Positions 42,045 through 53,712 of a DNA stretch of 64,000 nt are shown piece by piece. The position numbers and the translations under genes were made by a program. Location of the stretch: assembly GCA_023334545.1 (NCBI GenBank), contig JAADVB010000071.1:9296-73295 (forward strand), in the 5' to 3' direction. Numbering within the stretch: position 1 is the stretch's first letter; each line of letters starts with the position of its first letter. The DNA comes from Salisapilia sapeloensis CBS 127946 (Eukaryota; Protista; Oomycota). The notes under the pieces are model-generated. The model was not told the origin of the DNA and did not search any database. It saw only the letters and a list, made by a program, of their open reading frames with translations.

Positions 42045-43819
42045 GTCTGGGCAAGCAGTAGTCTCCTGATGGCGATAACGAGCTTGATTTCTTTCCTGCG
42101 GATTGACTTCTGAGCAAGCATTCGCTAAAATGTTGGTCGTACACAAGAGATAATAGGATTGGCTGAAAAGGCTTGAAGTTTTTTGTCTTTCTACCAATAG
42201 AAAAAAGGTTGAACTGGTCGAATCAGGGTTGGGAGTGCCTGAGCTCAAGGCGTTTTGTGCAAAATTGCGAGGGGATACGTTTTCATCGACAGTGCGATGC
42301 GATACGTACTTGGTATTGCTGTTTGTAGCCTTGAGATAGGTTTGATATAAGATGATGAAGTGGTGAAAGTATGTGATATAAAGCTTGAACACGATGCTAA
42401 GGTTATCATTCAAACCGTGTTCGCGCTGAGTAACGATTCGGCAACATTGGGGATTCACATTTTGTAGCTCTATTAACGATAATCGAATCAGGCAATTTCG
42501 CGTTCGCTGACAATAGACAATTTTGCTTTGCCACTTACCACTGGAAACCTAAGGAAGCACTTCAACATAACCTTCCCACTAAACTCGGAGTACAAAAGCA
42601 ATTGATCGCTCGTTTTTGATGCAATCAGGAAGAAACGATCTTCGGGACGACTTTAAGTCACGCCTGGTTCCCAATGTGTGCAAATTTAAAAAAGCGCGCG
42701 AAACAGTCGCTTCACTTGCTGAGCTCTTCGCTTTACTTGCGCTATTTAGCTCTTCGCTATTATCTTATAACAGACGTAGTACAGTGGTGGACGAAATAAT
42801 TGAGAGACTTTGCAACTCGCACTGTACCCGTCCCAGTAAAATGGCGAAGAGCTCAATATTGCAAGTAAATCGAATGACACTTCAACCTGGAGGGCTTCTG
42901 AGGATCAACCACAATACGCTCGACACTATGCTCCGCCAAGGCATGAGAGAGGAATGGACGATATACGACTATACGAATGGAAAGGTGGAAAGCGACGCAC
43001 GAGGAGGACGAGCCGCCAAAAACTTATGCCTTGAACCCTATTCCAACATTCCGTAGTTGTTCACAACGCCTACTATTCCTTGCATATACTCGATTATCTG
43101 CTCAAGGGATACGGTCTTAAATCTCGATAAGTAATCTGGCTGCATCTTTCTATTTCGCTTCGCTTCTATCATGGTTGTTCAGTCGTCCACTTCTTGTTAT
43201 CAGGCACACGCAAGCAGTCACTAGATGAATAGTAGAGTAATTAGAATATGACATTTGAAGTGATCGACAACGGTCATGCCCAATTCGCAATTATCGTTGC
43301 TCCCTATTCAAACGGTGGAGTTATTCGATGCGTGCAGTACCTAGATCACGCTGCTAGGTTTTCATGCCCTGGTAAAGTGTCGCGTCTGCGTTGCAATTCG
43401 CACACCGATCATTTGCAACGAGCATGGAATTGGAAGCAGCAATTGTAGTAGTGGTGGAATAGTGAGCTGAACTAAGACAGGAAGCAAGGTCTTCATCGGC
43501 AGGTTCGATTGCTTGCCTTCAGATTTCAAGTATGATATCAATTTGTTATGAGAGTATTTTCATGGCTTTCGATAGATTCGGCGGTTTCGACGAACAAAGC
43601 GATGACGGGTTCAGACATCCATAAAGACTTTCACGTGTGGATACAGATACAGCGAGCTGTGGCGTAAACCGACCAGATCTATCAGAACAGGCGGCAGGTG
43701 TTTACGCCATTTGATCTTTCCACTTCAATTTCCGTGGGACTTAGTCACTTCCAGCTCTCTGGATGCATATTTCGTCACTGAGTGCTATAGTAGGAGCTAT
43801 TTAAAAGAACGTTTTCACA

Positions 43820-45663
43820 ATGCTGGACCTCCGAAAGCGAGCTCAGGATTCCCTCATTCTGCAATTTTCGATCAACCTCACAAGGCAGCTTTCTACACCA
43901 CAATCGGTGGCCGTCATAGCGCTTCCACTTGCCGCAGGATACATGCTCTTGTCATACTATCAAAAGCCTCGTGCCTACACTCCTGCTGGTCAAACATTGC
44001 CTCGCCCAGATGGAGCGATACCACTGTTGGGTAGCACCCTACAGCTTGCTCGTAACCGTAATCGGTACATTTTGATCTCCGATCGAGTAACTCTACAAGT
44101 CCAATAACTGATATATTGGATATGATAGGATGGGTGAATGACTTGCCGAAGTATGTGAGGATAAGGAAGGAAAACCTTGGATGCTGGATGTTCTGAATCG
44201 TCCGATAATGGTTGTTGTATCATCCCCTGAACACATCGAAGATATTTTTAATACTCAAAGTGACATCTTTATCAAAAACCCAGCGTCACTTGACCGCAAC
44301 TATGATTTTCTCGGGCATGGCATTGTCAACAGCAATGGCAGTCATTGGAAAGTCCAACGGAAAACAGCTTCCTATTTGTTTAGCATGAAAATGATGAAGG
44401 ATGTCATGTATACAACGATTCGAGAACGCAGTCGTGAATTCATCCAAGTCTTAAATGAGCATGCAAAGCGCGGATCAGTTGTTTCAGCTCGAGTTGCATT
44501 CGTGGAATTTACAACGGACGTCTTTACGCAGGTAATAAATCATATTTGTTATCTGTATCTAGGTCATCGGTCAAACTCACACGCTATCAGATCGGGTTTG
44601 GCATTGATTTAGAAAGCATGCAGAAAGGATTGCGAGGAGAGACGAATGACTTTATAAAAAGTATTCGCGTCATGTTCTGCGGACTATTTCATCGGTTTTC
44701 ACAGCCGTACTGGTACTGGAATCTCAGGCGGATGCTCGGTATTGGTGAAGAAGCGGAGCTCGCCAAAAGTAAAAAATACTTGGATGGGTTGACCTACAGT
44801 ATCATCCAAAAATCTATCGATCGAAAGAAACAAGAGTTGCAAAGTGGTCGCGCTGATGACAGCTCTGCTTCGCATGCAAAGGACTTGATCACTCTCTTCT
44901 TGGACAGTCAAGTCAAGGAGGCTGAAAAAACAGGAAGGTTGGATGTGGACCCTACTTCGATGCGCGATATGGTTTTCAATTTCTTCTTCGCTGGATCCGC
45001 GACAACAAGCACCACTATGGCCTGGATCCTTGTCGAATTGAATCGTCACCCGGATGTTGTGACTAAAATCCGCGCCGAGATCCGGGTCAAGTTACCACAC
45101 CTTTTGAAACAGGGAGCAGACGCTCCGACCATAGAAGAGGTTGGTCAACTTCATTACTTGGAAGCTATAATTCGAGAGACACTTCGTTTAAACTCGACAT
45201 TTCCTCTTGCCGGGCGATATGCCGTCCAGTCGACTACACTGAGAGATGGAACGTACGTAAGCAAAGGTACTACTGTCTTGGCTTCCTTACGAGGAACAGG
45301 ATATTTGTCTAGTGTCTGGGGAGAAGACGCTCACGATTTTAAGCCCGAGCGCTGGATTGATCCGTCGACGGGAGTCATTGTTGCTTTGAGGCCATCCCAG
45401 TTCCCAGTCTTCGTACGTAAATTTCTACTATTTAGTCTAGTTTACTTTATTAACAGCGTCGTTTGTGATGGTAGCTCGCTGGGCCAAGACGATGCATTGG
45501 ACAGCGCATGGCGATAGTTGAACTGCAGGTCGTAATGTGCTCCATGCTCAGCAAGTTTGATTTGAAGATGCTCGAGGACCCGTACCAAATCATCTCCACG
45601 CCTGGAGTGGAGTTTTCTGTGAACAGCGAGTTGCCAATAAAGATAAAACCGTTTCAAGATTAA
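43820..45663 (+). CDS. Cytochrome P450 (CYP86-clan-like, oomycete type), 4 exons
   Basis: G..W..QRK, I-helix FAGSATT, ETLR (ExxR), KPERW, and heme motif FLAGPRRCIG formed across the last intron (about 45414-45473). Confidence 0.92.
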
Positions 45664-46923
45664 TTGAGAGCGCACGAAGATGCTCTAGATGACACAATTG
45701 CAAATGAAATGAAAAAGAACCGAAAATAAAAGAAATAAAAAATCCTTTAATGTGTTTGCTTCTATACAAATGCATGCTGAGCATGATCAAATTGAGCATG
45801 CAGTGGTAAATGTGTTCTAAGTTTGGTCACGTCTTATCACTTTATTTTTAAGCTGAGGCATTGGGTAAGTGGCTCTCGGATAACTTAATATCGTTGAGGA
45901 AGTTTGGAGGAGGTTTTCTTCTGGCATAAATGTCCATCGAAGCACGAGGACAATAAAAAGTGTATTTATATACTTAGATTAAGCCAAGTAGAAAGCTCTT
46001 GGTGTGCAGGATGAGAGAGGAAGCACGTGATGGATCTAAATCGAACCTATGTCAATTAAATCTGAATTTTTACGAAGCGCATCTGTATAGCTACACATCT
46101 GAGCACTTGACATCAATGTAACTCACCTATAATTCAATCTAATTCATCTCAGCGACTGCATCAATGCCAAATCTCTTATATTGAGGTTGAGATCAGCTTC
46201 CTCTAGACCGTTTTTTACAATATAATTCGCGGTCGTGCAAGGCATAACCAATACGTAAAACCGAACAGATACAAGCTGTAGCTGGGTTCATATCCGGATA
46301 ATAGTTCTTTAAAGCGGCAAAAAGGCAGATTATAGCAAAGTTCGTCTTACCCCTAGGTTTCCATATTCTTAAATACGTGGTCGAACTGTTGCAATTCTCA
46401 ACTCGATGGTGCTGCAAACTGCATGGCGTTGAGAATAGCAATTTTAGTATATTAAAGACCACCAGCGATGAACTAGATCGAGGATATGGTGCATCATCTC
46501 TACGGAGATCAATCATCACTTGATCTTGTATTCTTAGTTTGGTTGGAAAGCTACATCGGCCATGTATACAAGCATTTCCATGGCATGTGATAGAGTCAAA
46601 TACGCAAATCGCAACGGGCACAGGGTTGGCTGACTTAGGGTATTAAGAATAGTATTCACAAATGTGAATCTTGATGTCACTGCATGCGGATGCTATGCAA
46701 GTTTTCTTTTGAACTACACGTATGTTCCTGCCTCTTGAGTTGTGTCCTTTAGTTCTATATCTTATCAATTTTGTCAATGTTGGATCCACCAGACATAAAG
46801 CCAGGATAAAACGGAATGTCTATCTTTCAAGTTAATTTCTTCTGTATATGAGACGTTTATGAGCATGAAACGTACCGTTGACCCGGAAGCATCAGATCCG
46901 CCTCTTCATCTTCTAATAAAAGC

Positions 46924-47658
46924 ATGACCTACCAAGGGTATTTAATCCAACACTTGCATCGCCAACCTTCGCGAGTACTCTTCTTCTCGATAGAAGACGG
47001 ATATTTACGAGCGTATACATCAAGCGACAGTGACCAAGTGGTGGAAGAAATGAAACTTACGGGATGCCGCATCAACGTCAAAGCACAAAGACGAGGAGAT
47101 GGGATCCCAAATAGCTTTTACGTCGAGACTCGCTACGTCATTGTGAAGGACCGAACCTACACGCTAGATAAACCAGTAAGACTCGAGCTTTCTGCTGTAT
47201 CCAATACGCAACGACAAGAGTGGGGCAAAGCATTGCATTCGTGGCACCGGTACTATTGGCGTGATCCAAGTCAGCGGTTGTCGGATACAAGCGAATCTGG
47301 ATCCACTTCATCCATTAGCTCCACCAGTGTATCTACTTCGGAGTTGTTGGTACTTGAAGACGCCATCACGAAGGCAAAACTGCTCGATGCCTTACAAAGA
47401 TACCAGCGGACTGCTCAATCAAGCAATATGAGCTCCATATCATTATCAAAGCAACCCCTTGCGTTTTTAAAACGGACGCTATCGATGTCGATCTCGACAC
47501 GACACAGTGATGAGGACAACCAAGAAGAGAAAGAGGAAGCTGCAAGTGAGAATAACAAAAAGGAAGTACAATCCGCTCGATCTTTTCTGTCGTTCGGAAA
47601 ACCTTCGTGCACTTCGAAATCCGCCAACTTAAACAACCAAAAGGAGTATGTGCTTTAA
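46924..47658 (+). CDS. PH-domain protein
   Basis: MTYQGYL..RVLFFSIEDGYLRAY..PNSFYVET..LELSAVSNTQRQEWGKAL is a typical PH topology ending in a W-helix. Confidence 0.65.
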   Translation: MTYQGYLIQHLHRQPSRVLFFSIEDGYLRAYTSSDSDQVVEEMKLTGCRINVKAQRRGDGIPNSFYVETRYVIVKDRTYTLDKPVRLELSAVSNTQRQEWGKALHSWHRYYWRDPSQRLSDTSESGSTSSISSTSVSTSELLVLEDAITKAKLLDALQRYQRTAQSSNMSSISLSKQPLAFLKRTLSMSISTRHSDEDNQEEKEEAASENNKKEVQSARSFLSFGKPSCTSKSANLNNQKEYVL

Positions 47659-48168
47659 ATTAAATTGTCATACAAAAATTTATAAATCGTCGTGTTTGAG
47701 TACTGAGCAGGAGAAAGTATTATCATATGAAATGCATGAAAACAATACTATGGTAAGCTACTACATTGGAGATCCACGCAGTGCTGCTTGACCCTCGGGC
47801 CAATTAACAAAAGTAACTACTGACCTAAATCCTATAAAGTCTACTTCTGTAATATCCTTATTTTCGGACAATTGACTAAAGCTAATGAATTTCCGTGCTG
47901 AGGTTTCCAGATGAATCACCGGTGCATTGCTGTGAATCTACTTCACCGTCTAGCTTTCCGTTCATTGTTTTGTTCATGCATCCGGCTGAGTAAATGAGCA
48001 TGAAATATTCAGGCGGATGATTGAGTTAAATTACATATTTATCGCAATGTCAAGAAGAGCATGTCTTTTGGTACCCAACAGCGCAGCATCCTAGATCAGT
48101 TCCATGTTGAAATATTTAATTTGTAATCTTATGTTTTATATACTATAAAAGGGAGAATCCGCTTAAGT

Positions 48169-48271
48169 CCGAGTGTAGCTCAGTTGGTAGAGCGATTGAC
48201 TGTAGTGGTACATACTCATCTGAGTATACTTGGAAATCAATTGGTCACCGGTTCGATTCCGGTCACTCGGA
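48169..48271 (+). tRNA. tRNA-Tyr: tRNA-Tyr(GTA) with 30-nt intron (48206-48235), copy 1
   Basis: Acceptor stem CCGAGTG/CACTCGG, A-box TAGCTCAGTTGG, anticodon stem ATTGA/TCAAT around CT-GTA-G|A, B-box GGTTCGATTCC. Confidence 0.96.
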
Positions 48272-48274
48272 TAC

Positions 48275-48280
48275 TTTTTT
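48275..48280 (+). terminator. Pol III oligo-T terminator of tRNA copy 1
   Basis: T6 run starting 4 nt after the discriminator base; copies 2 and 3 have T5 runs at 49409-13 and 50473-77 (minus strand). Confidence 0.75.
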
Positions 48281-49301
48281 CGATTGCGAATTGGCTAGAG
48301 CTCTTACATGTCATGACGCAAATGAGCACGCACAACTTCATTTTTTCTCTGTAAGGCAGTACTCTACCCCAGTGGCTTTTGCGTGTCTGCAAGGAGTGTA
48401 CCAAACGTTATATTGCCAGCTTTCACACCGAAAGGGCCGTCCGATAACCTATCATATTATGATCAAAACACATTCAATTCTCAGACGAGCGTCCGTTCCA
48501 GCTCTTCTTGCCAACATGTAGAGACCAAAATGGCCAATAAGTAAACGTCACAAACACATTTTCGACATGCTCTGTATGTCAACCAATAACGTATTTTACA
48601 ACGTAAGCTTTGCTCGAATCGTAGAGGTACAACAATATCTGTTTCTGCATTTAATGACCAGTGGGCAAAGACAATGTTCGGGTCACTACTAAAAACTGTT
48701 TTATTCCTTACTTCATTTGTAGGTTGCTCGGAGCATGATGCTAGATTATTGAACAGAATTTCTTGCATGCACGCCAGTGATGTATGTCGCTATGTGAAAA
48801 ATAAACAAATTACCGTGTTAGCAAAGATATTCTTGCTACTATCCGGGTAAAGCGATGGTAGAACACAATCTCAGTGTTGGACTATAGTTTTGGATGACGT
48901 ATATTGTTCAGTCGTGTCAAGCTCAACTTTGTCTTTGAAGATAATACTGTGGCATTCGACGTTTGTTGTAGAAAGCATATTACTTTCGGCCACACAATCG
49001 GTGGAATTAACTATCATAAACATGAAAAACATATTCAATGGTCATCACATCCCTACATTCCCTGATAGCCAAACATTAAAGTTTATAAGTACATATACTC
49101 CTTGTATCAATATTGTATTATGAGCACGGATCAGTTAAAATGTGAGCATAAAGCTTGTTCGCTCAAAGCACATTACCATGGCCAACATATTGAACATTGC
49201 ATAGTAACGCAGTTAAAGATCACTTTCAAAGCAACTTGCTGTTCATAACGTCTATATATATAAACTGTTTATATATTACATAAGATTGTTGCCAATCAAG
49301 C

Positions 49302-49404
49302 CCGAGTGTAGCTCAGTTGGTAGAGCGATTGACTGTAGTGGTACATACTCATCTGAGTATACTTGGAAATCAATTGGTCACCGGTTCGATTCCGGTCACT
49401 CGGA
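49302..49404 (+). tRNA. tRNA-Tyr: tRNA-Tyr(GTA) with intron, copy 2
   Basis: Base-for-base identical to copy 1, including the intron. Confidence 0.96.
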
Positions 49405-50481
49405 TTTCTTTTTCAACTATTTTTTTTACAGATTGTAGCCGCGTTTGTTTCTGTTTCCACACTTTTGGAAGAAGGGCTTCAATAGAAGGCTGTGTTGAGG
49501 GTATGTATAGCAACTTTTACTCTTAGTTCTTTATAGTTGTGAATGATCTACAAGAAGGAATTGATTAGTCTGACAGTGTTGCCATATATCTAAATCTGGA
49601 TGCTGTCAATTCATATCTGTACGATATGGTATGTGATTGCTACTATTAAAGCAATTCCTATGCTTCCATTATACTTCTAAGCTGTGATAGATTCTCCATC
49701 AACCTTCAGGAACAAAGGTAAAATACCAACGCGCAGAAATTGAAGTGGAGTCTACTCAACATAGAAATGCTGTGTATAAAGCTCCATTGCTTTCTACTTA
49801 GCATGCTTCTACTAACGGCGTACTCGTGCTCGTTGCTTGAAAAACTGAACTCACACGATGTGAATCTGCTTCAATGTGGATGGGTAATTTGTTAGTTTGA
49901 TTGTGAATATCACACGCCTGCAAATGTCTTGCCACAGTTTCGATTTTCGCACTAATGTATAGATCGAATAGAAATAGAATGAAGCCTGGTGATAGATTTA
50001 AGTCGACACAGGGCAAGATTCCGGCTAGCTCATACGTACGCTCTCTTGAACCAAAACGCCATGACTGTGCACAACTAAGCCTTAGCAAGCCTAATGCATT
50101 GTGAGTTCTGGTGCATACGCAAGCAGTATATCTAATTGTTACATTTTTAAAGGATACAAGTACACTTCATTGCGTATTTGTGTCTGGAGCACCACTTAAC
50201 AAGCAATCCCACCATAAAGGTACTCTTTTCAGCACAACTTGGTATACATGGTCAGTAGCCGTAGTGCGCATTCTTCCTCAAATACGTGTCATCCTAGTCA
50301 TTTGATCAGCACACCTCTACGTCAACTCTATCGACTTTGTAACCAAGAAAAGTAAAGCAATATATGTAGAAAAGTATATTTTACGATAGATTACACAGGC
50401 ATATATTGAGCTTCGCAACAGAGCTGTAGTTGTAATCTTTAAGACAAAAAGCATTGTCCAAAAGGTAAGTTGAAAAAGAAA

Positions 50482-50584
50482 TCCGAGTGACCGGAATCGA
50501 ACCGGTGACCAATTGATTTCCAAGTATACTCAGATGAGTATGTACCACTACAGTCAATCGCTCTACCAACTGAGCTACACTCGG
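50482..50584 (-). tRNA. tRNA-Tyr: tRNA-Tyr(GTA) with intron, copy 3
   Basis: Exact reverse complement of copies 1 and 2. Confidence 0.96.
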
Positions 50585-50703
50585 GCTTATCTGTTAATCA
50601 CTCTATGTTATATAAAAAATAATATTTTTGTATACAAAGATACTCGTTTCGATGTGTTGTGGTGCGTGTCGAGGTACCAAAGTTCAATCAACAATCCGAG
50701 GGA

Positions 50704-51657
50704 ATGAGCAAAATCGTCACGCTTATCATCACTCACGCCGGCAGTTACTGCCCCGAAGTTTGGGATCCCGTGATCGCGCGACTTCGGCAATCCCCTTTAT
50801 ATAGCCAGGAAGATATTTCGATTGACATCGTGCCATTTACCAATAAGTACCATGGAAAGCGATACGAAAACTCTACTCCCGTCGAGCTCGATTTAAGTGA
50901 TCCCGAGAATCCACGCGCATGGGCTTCAATAACTGAGTACCAAGAGTGGGCGCCTGATGATATATACGCTGAGTTAGAGCGAATCTGGAAACAAGATGAC
51001 GAGGCAAACAAACCCAGACGTGACATCATTGGTGTCGGCCACTCCTTCGGTGGTGCATCGTTATGGCTCACAGAAGTGCGTTATCCGGGTACATTCGCTG
51101 GCTTGGCACTGTTCGAGCCAGTGACATCACGCGACCAAGCCTTGCTCGACTATATCGCTCGCTTTTACATTCCAGTGACACTTAAACGTAAATGGAAATG
51201 GGATTCTCGTGAAGAAGCGGAAGCTTACTTTGCCAATTATCGCGGCTTTCGAAAGTGGGATAAAGACGCCATCAAAGGTTATGTGAAAGGAGCGATTGTG
51301 AAAGCGAATGAGGACCCGTCCGACTCGACAGTAATGCTGGCACTACACCCTCACGTGGAAGCTGCAGGTTACTGCAGTCGACAGGTCGATATAAATGACG
51401 AGGAAGCTTCGCGAGTTCAATGTCGTGTGATTTTCCACGGCGGTGACAAGTCACAATTGTATCAAAAAGATACGGTCTTCCGTCAGTTGGAAGCGCAGAT
51501 GCCGGACAAGTACTCTGTCGGGGAAGATGTCGCCAACACCGGCCATTTGCTCGTCATGGAGGACCCAGAGACGGTAAGCCGTCGCGTACTCCAAGCCTTG
51601 GAAAGGTTCCCACCCTTCCAGAAAACGCCATTGACATCTCGACTTCCTAACCTCTAA
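50704..51657 (+). CDS. Alpha/beta hydrolase (Abhydrolase_6-like)
   Basis: IIGVGHSFGG (GxSxG), LALFEPV, TGHLLVMEDP (catalytic His). Confidence 0.8.
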   Translation: MSKIVTLIITHAGSYCPEVWDPVIARLRQSPLYSQEDISIDIVPFTNKYHGKRYENSTPVELDLSDPENPRAWASITEYQEWAPDDIYAELERIWKQDDEANKPRRDIIGVGHSFGGASLWLTEVRYPGTFAGLALFEPVTSRDQALLDYIARFYIPVTLKRKWKWDSREEAEAYFANYRGFRKWDKDAIKGYVKGAIVKANEDPSDSTVMLALHPHVEAAGYCSRQVDINDEEASRVQCRVIFHGGDKSQLYQKDTVFRQLEAQMPDKYSVGEDVANTGHLLVMEDPETVSRRVLQALERFPPFQKTPLTSRLPNL

Positions 51658-51774
51658 ATACACATACGAAAGTTGCTCTGTCCACTCTATCATCCACCTA
51701 CTGAACCCACTCGTTTTCATCTTGCTCTTTGTATGCTGACAAAACATGAAGACACTCGCCTTTTCGACTGAAAC

Positions 51775-51963
51775 ATGCTCGAAGAGTGCTGTGATAGTAT
51801 TTGTCGGTCCTGCAGCTTCTTTCTATGCTACTGCTGCACGACAGGATGCTGCGAGATCGGAGCCACAGCGGCAGGGTCCCACAGTCGTCGACACCACGGA
51901 CGGTACCCTCCAACACAACCTGTGAACGTCACGCCCGTGGCGATTCCATCTCGACGCAAGTAA
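51775..51963 (+). CDS. Candidate 62-aa cysteine-rich microprotein
   Basis: Nine Cys in the first 26 residues; fills a gap of about 380 bp and is convergent on eRF1. Confidence 0.4.
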   Translation: MLEECCDSICRSCSFFLCYCCTTGCCEIGATAAGSHSRRHHGRYPPTQPVNVTPVAIPSRRK

Positions 51964-52035
51964 CTAAGAGCGTAAAACGAAAAAAAAGCATGCTTGTTTC
52001 TACCTCTTATCCATTCCTCCGACGCTTTGTCTAAA

Positions 52036-53435
52036 TTAGATGAACACATCGTCGTCAAAGTCGTCGTCATCATCATCGTCAAAGTCGAACTCTTCATAGT
52101 CCATGTCCATAAAGTCGACTTGCCAGCGCAAGATACCGCCAATGCCACCAAAACCTTTGCAGAACTGACTACCTTCCTGACTCTTGTCCGTCACAAACTC
52201 CAAGGTTGTTCCGAATTCCTTGTAGTGGTTTGCGAACCATTCGACCAGTGGCTCCTTCTCGACAATCTCCAACTTGGCTTGCGTCTCCTTGTCGATAAAG
52301 TTCGAGTCCACCGTTTCTTCCGACGGAGACAAGTTCTTCACTTCCGTCGCGCCAGTGCTTTCATTGCGCAGCTCAAAGCGATGGTGCGGAAGGTCCTCCC
52401 AAATGATCAAAGTTTCCACTGCACCTAGATCCAACGCGTGCATCGTATCGGTGATACCGAAACAGTACTTGCCAGAGTCTTGCGCGATCTCTTCCATGTA
52501 CTTGCAAATGAGCTTCTTTTCCTGGACGAACTTGACGTTCGACAGCGTTTCCGCCGAAAGCTCAATAGCTTGGTTAAAGCCATTCTCGCCACCGTACGAC
52601 ACATCCACGACCTTGACGACGATCTCTCCGAGACGTTTGTCGAACATGTCAGACTGGTTCAATTCGTTCTTAAAGTCAGCCGAACCAGCGAGCACGAGGT
52701 TCGAGATGTTCGGCTTGTCGCTCGTGATAAAGAGCTGCGTCGCAGTCTCCGCCACCTTTCGAATGTAGTTATGACGCTTTTCCATACGCAGACGAGCGAA
52801 ACGGAGAGCGGACTGACCACCTCGACCGTGCTTCTTGGGCAGATCGACGCTGAAGCGATGGAGGATTTCACGCGTGTTACCGGCGACGGTACCGAAGAGG
52901 GCTCCGTTACCATCGACGACGATGAATCCGAAGCGGTCATTGTCCTGCAGCAGTTCATTCAGGGCTTCCGTGTGGAACTTGTTGTCACACATGTAGAGAC
53001 TCGTGTTGATCGGACGGAAGGGCTCGAAATCAATGTTCACCTTCTTCTCCTTGCCTTCATCCGTCACGATCGTACCACAGTAGATGATCAGACCATTCGG
53101 AGGACATTTGCTGTACTGCTTAAGACGTTGCTGCGTGGACGTGATAGCACCGAGGACCGAGAGACGGTTGACACGAGACTTGATGTTCGAGGCCGTGCCG
53201 AGCTCATCCGTAAGCATCTTGTTGACACGAGAGATCTGGTCTTTGGGCGGGATGATGAGAGAAATCATGCTTGTTCCGTTGCTATAAGTACAATATGTTA
53301 GTGCTATAGCATGGCGGTACGAAATGAATCGACGTACCCACGCGCGGCTTGGAGTGACTTGATGAGCTTCTTCACCTTAAACAGCTCGACCTGGTCGTCT
53401 GTCATATTGGGGTTGTTCTCTGGGTTCGACGGCAT
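52036..53435 (-). CDS. ETF1: Eukaryotic peptide chain release factor 1, intron 53282-53337
   Basis: [39 protein letters not shown]. Confidence 0.97.
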
Positions 53436-53712
53436 CGTTGCTCTGCTTTATACGCTCAAAGGAAAGTCGCAAAGGGAAGAGGGAGGAGATCGAGGCGAAC
53501 TTCGGATGGAATGTAGCTCTCGGCCAGCCAAACGGATTCGATATGTGATGGACACGATTTATCGGAACACAGTCGAGCAAGTCGTGTTTATCAAAATATT
53601 ACAACTATTCATGCTTTCCACCAATGACAGAGCAGAGAAATGAAAATTACGCGAAAGGACGATAACAGACGAATGTATAGTGCAACCTATAATGGACCGT
53701 GTATAGCTAGAG

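Larger units (their letters stand above)
49298..50588. repeat. Inverted repeat of about 121 bp (tRNA-Tyr copies 2 and 3 plus short shared flanks) around a spacer of about 1.05 kb
   Basis: Arms 49298-49418 and 50468-50588 share 5' AAGC and the 3' trailer TTTCTTTTTCAACT, which copy 1 lacks. Confidence 0.85.

Noticed and set aside
43248-43448. Integrase-like words (IDNG..F, APYS.NG)
   Set aside because: Spacing is far too short for an rve core, and there are no LTRs or RT/RNaseH motifs nearby.
49317-50569. Duplicated ORFs MVERLTVVVHTHLS... (49317-49526 and 50381-50569)
   Set aside because: They are translations through tRNA-Tyr copies 2 and 3.
52438-53301. Long antisense ORFs (also 36784-37488, 24703-25341, 4622-5197, 60279-60605 and others)
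   Set aside because: They are shadows of strongly biased coding strands and carry no recognisable motifs.
52036-53435. Variant genetic code, prompted by in-frame TAG/TGA near 2.2-2.4 kb and the presence of eRF1
   Set aside because: eRF1 GTS, NIKS and YxCxxxF motifs are canonical, and TAA, TAG and TGA all terminate confident genes here.
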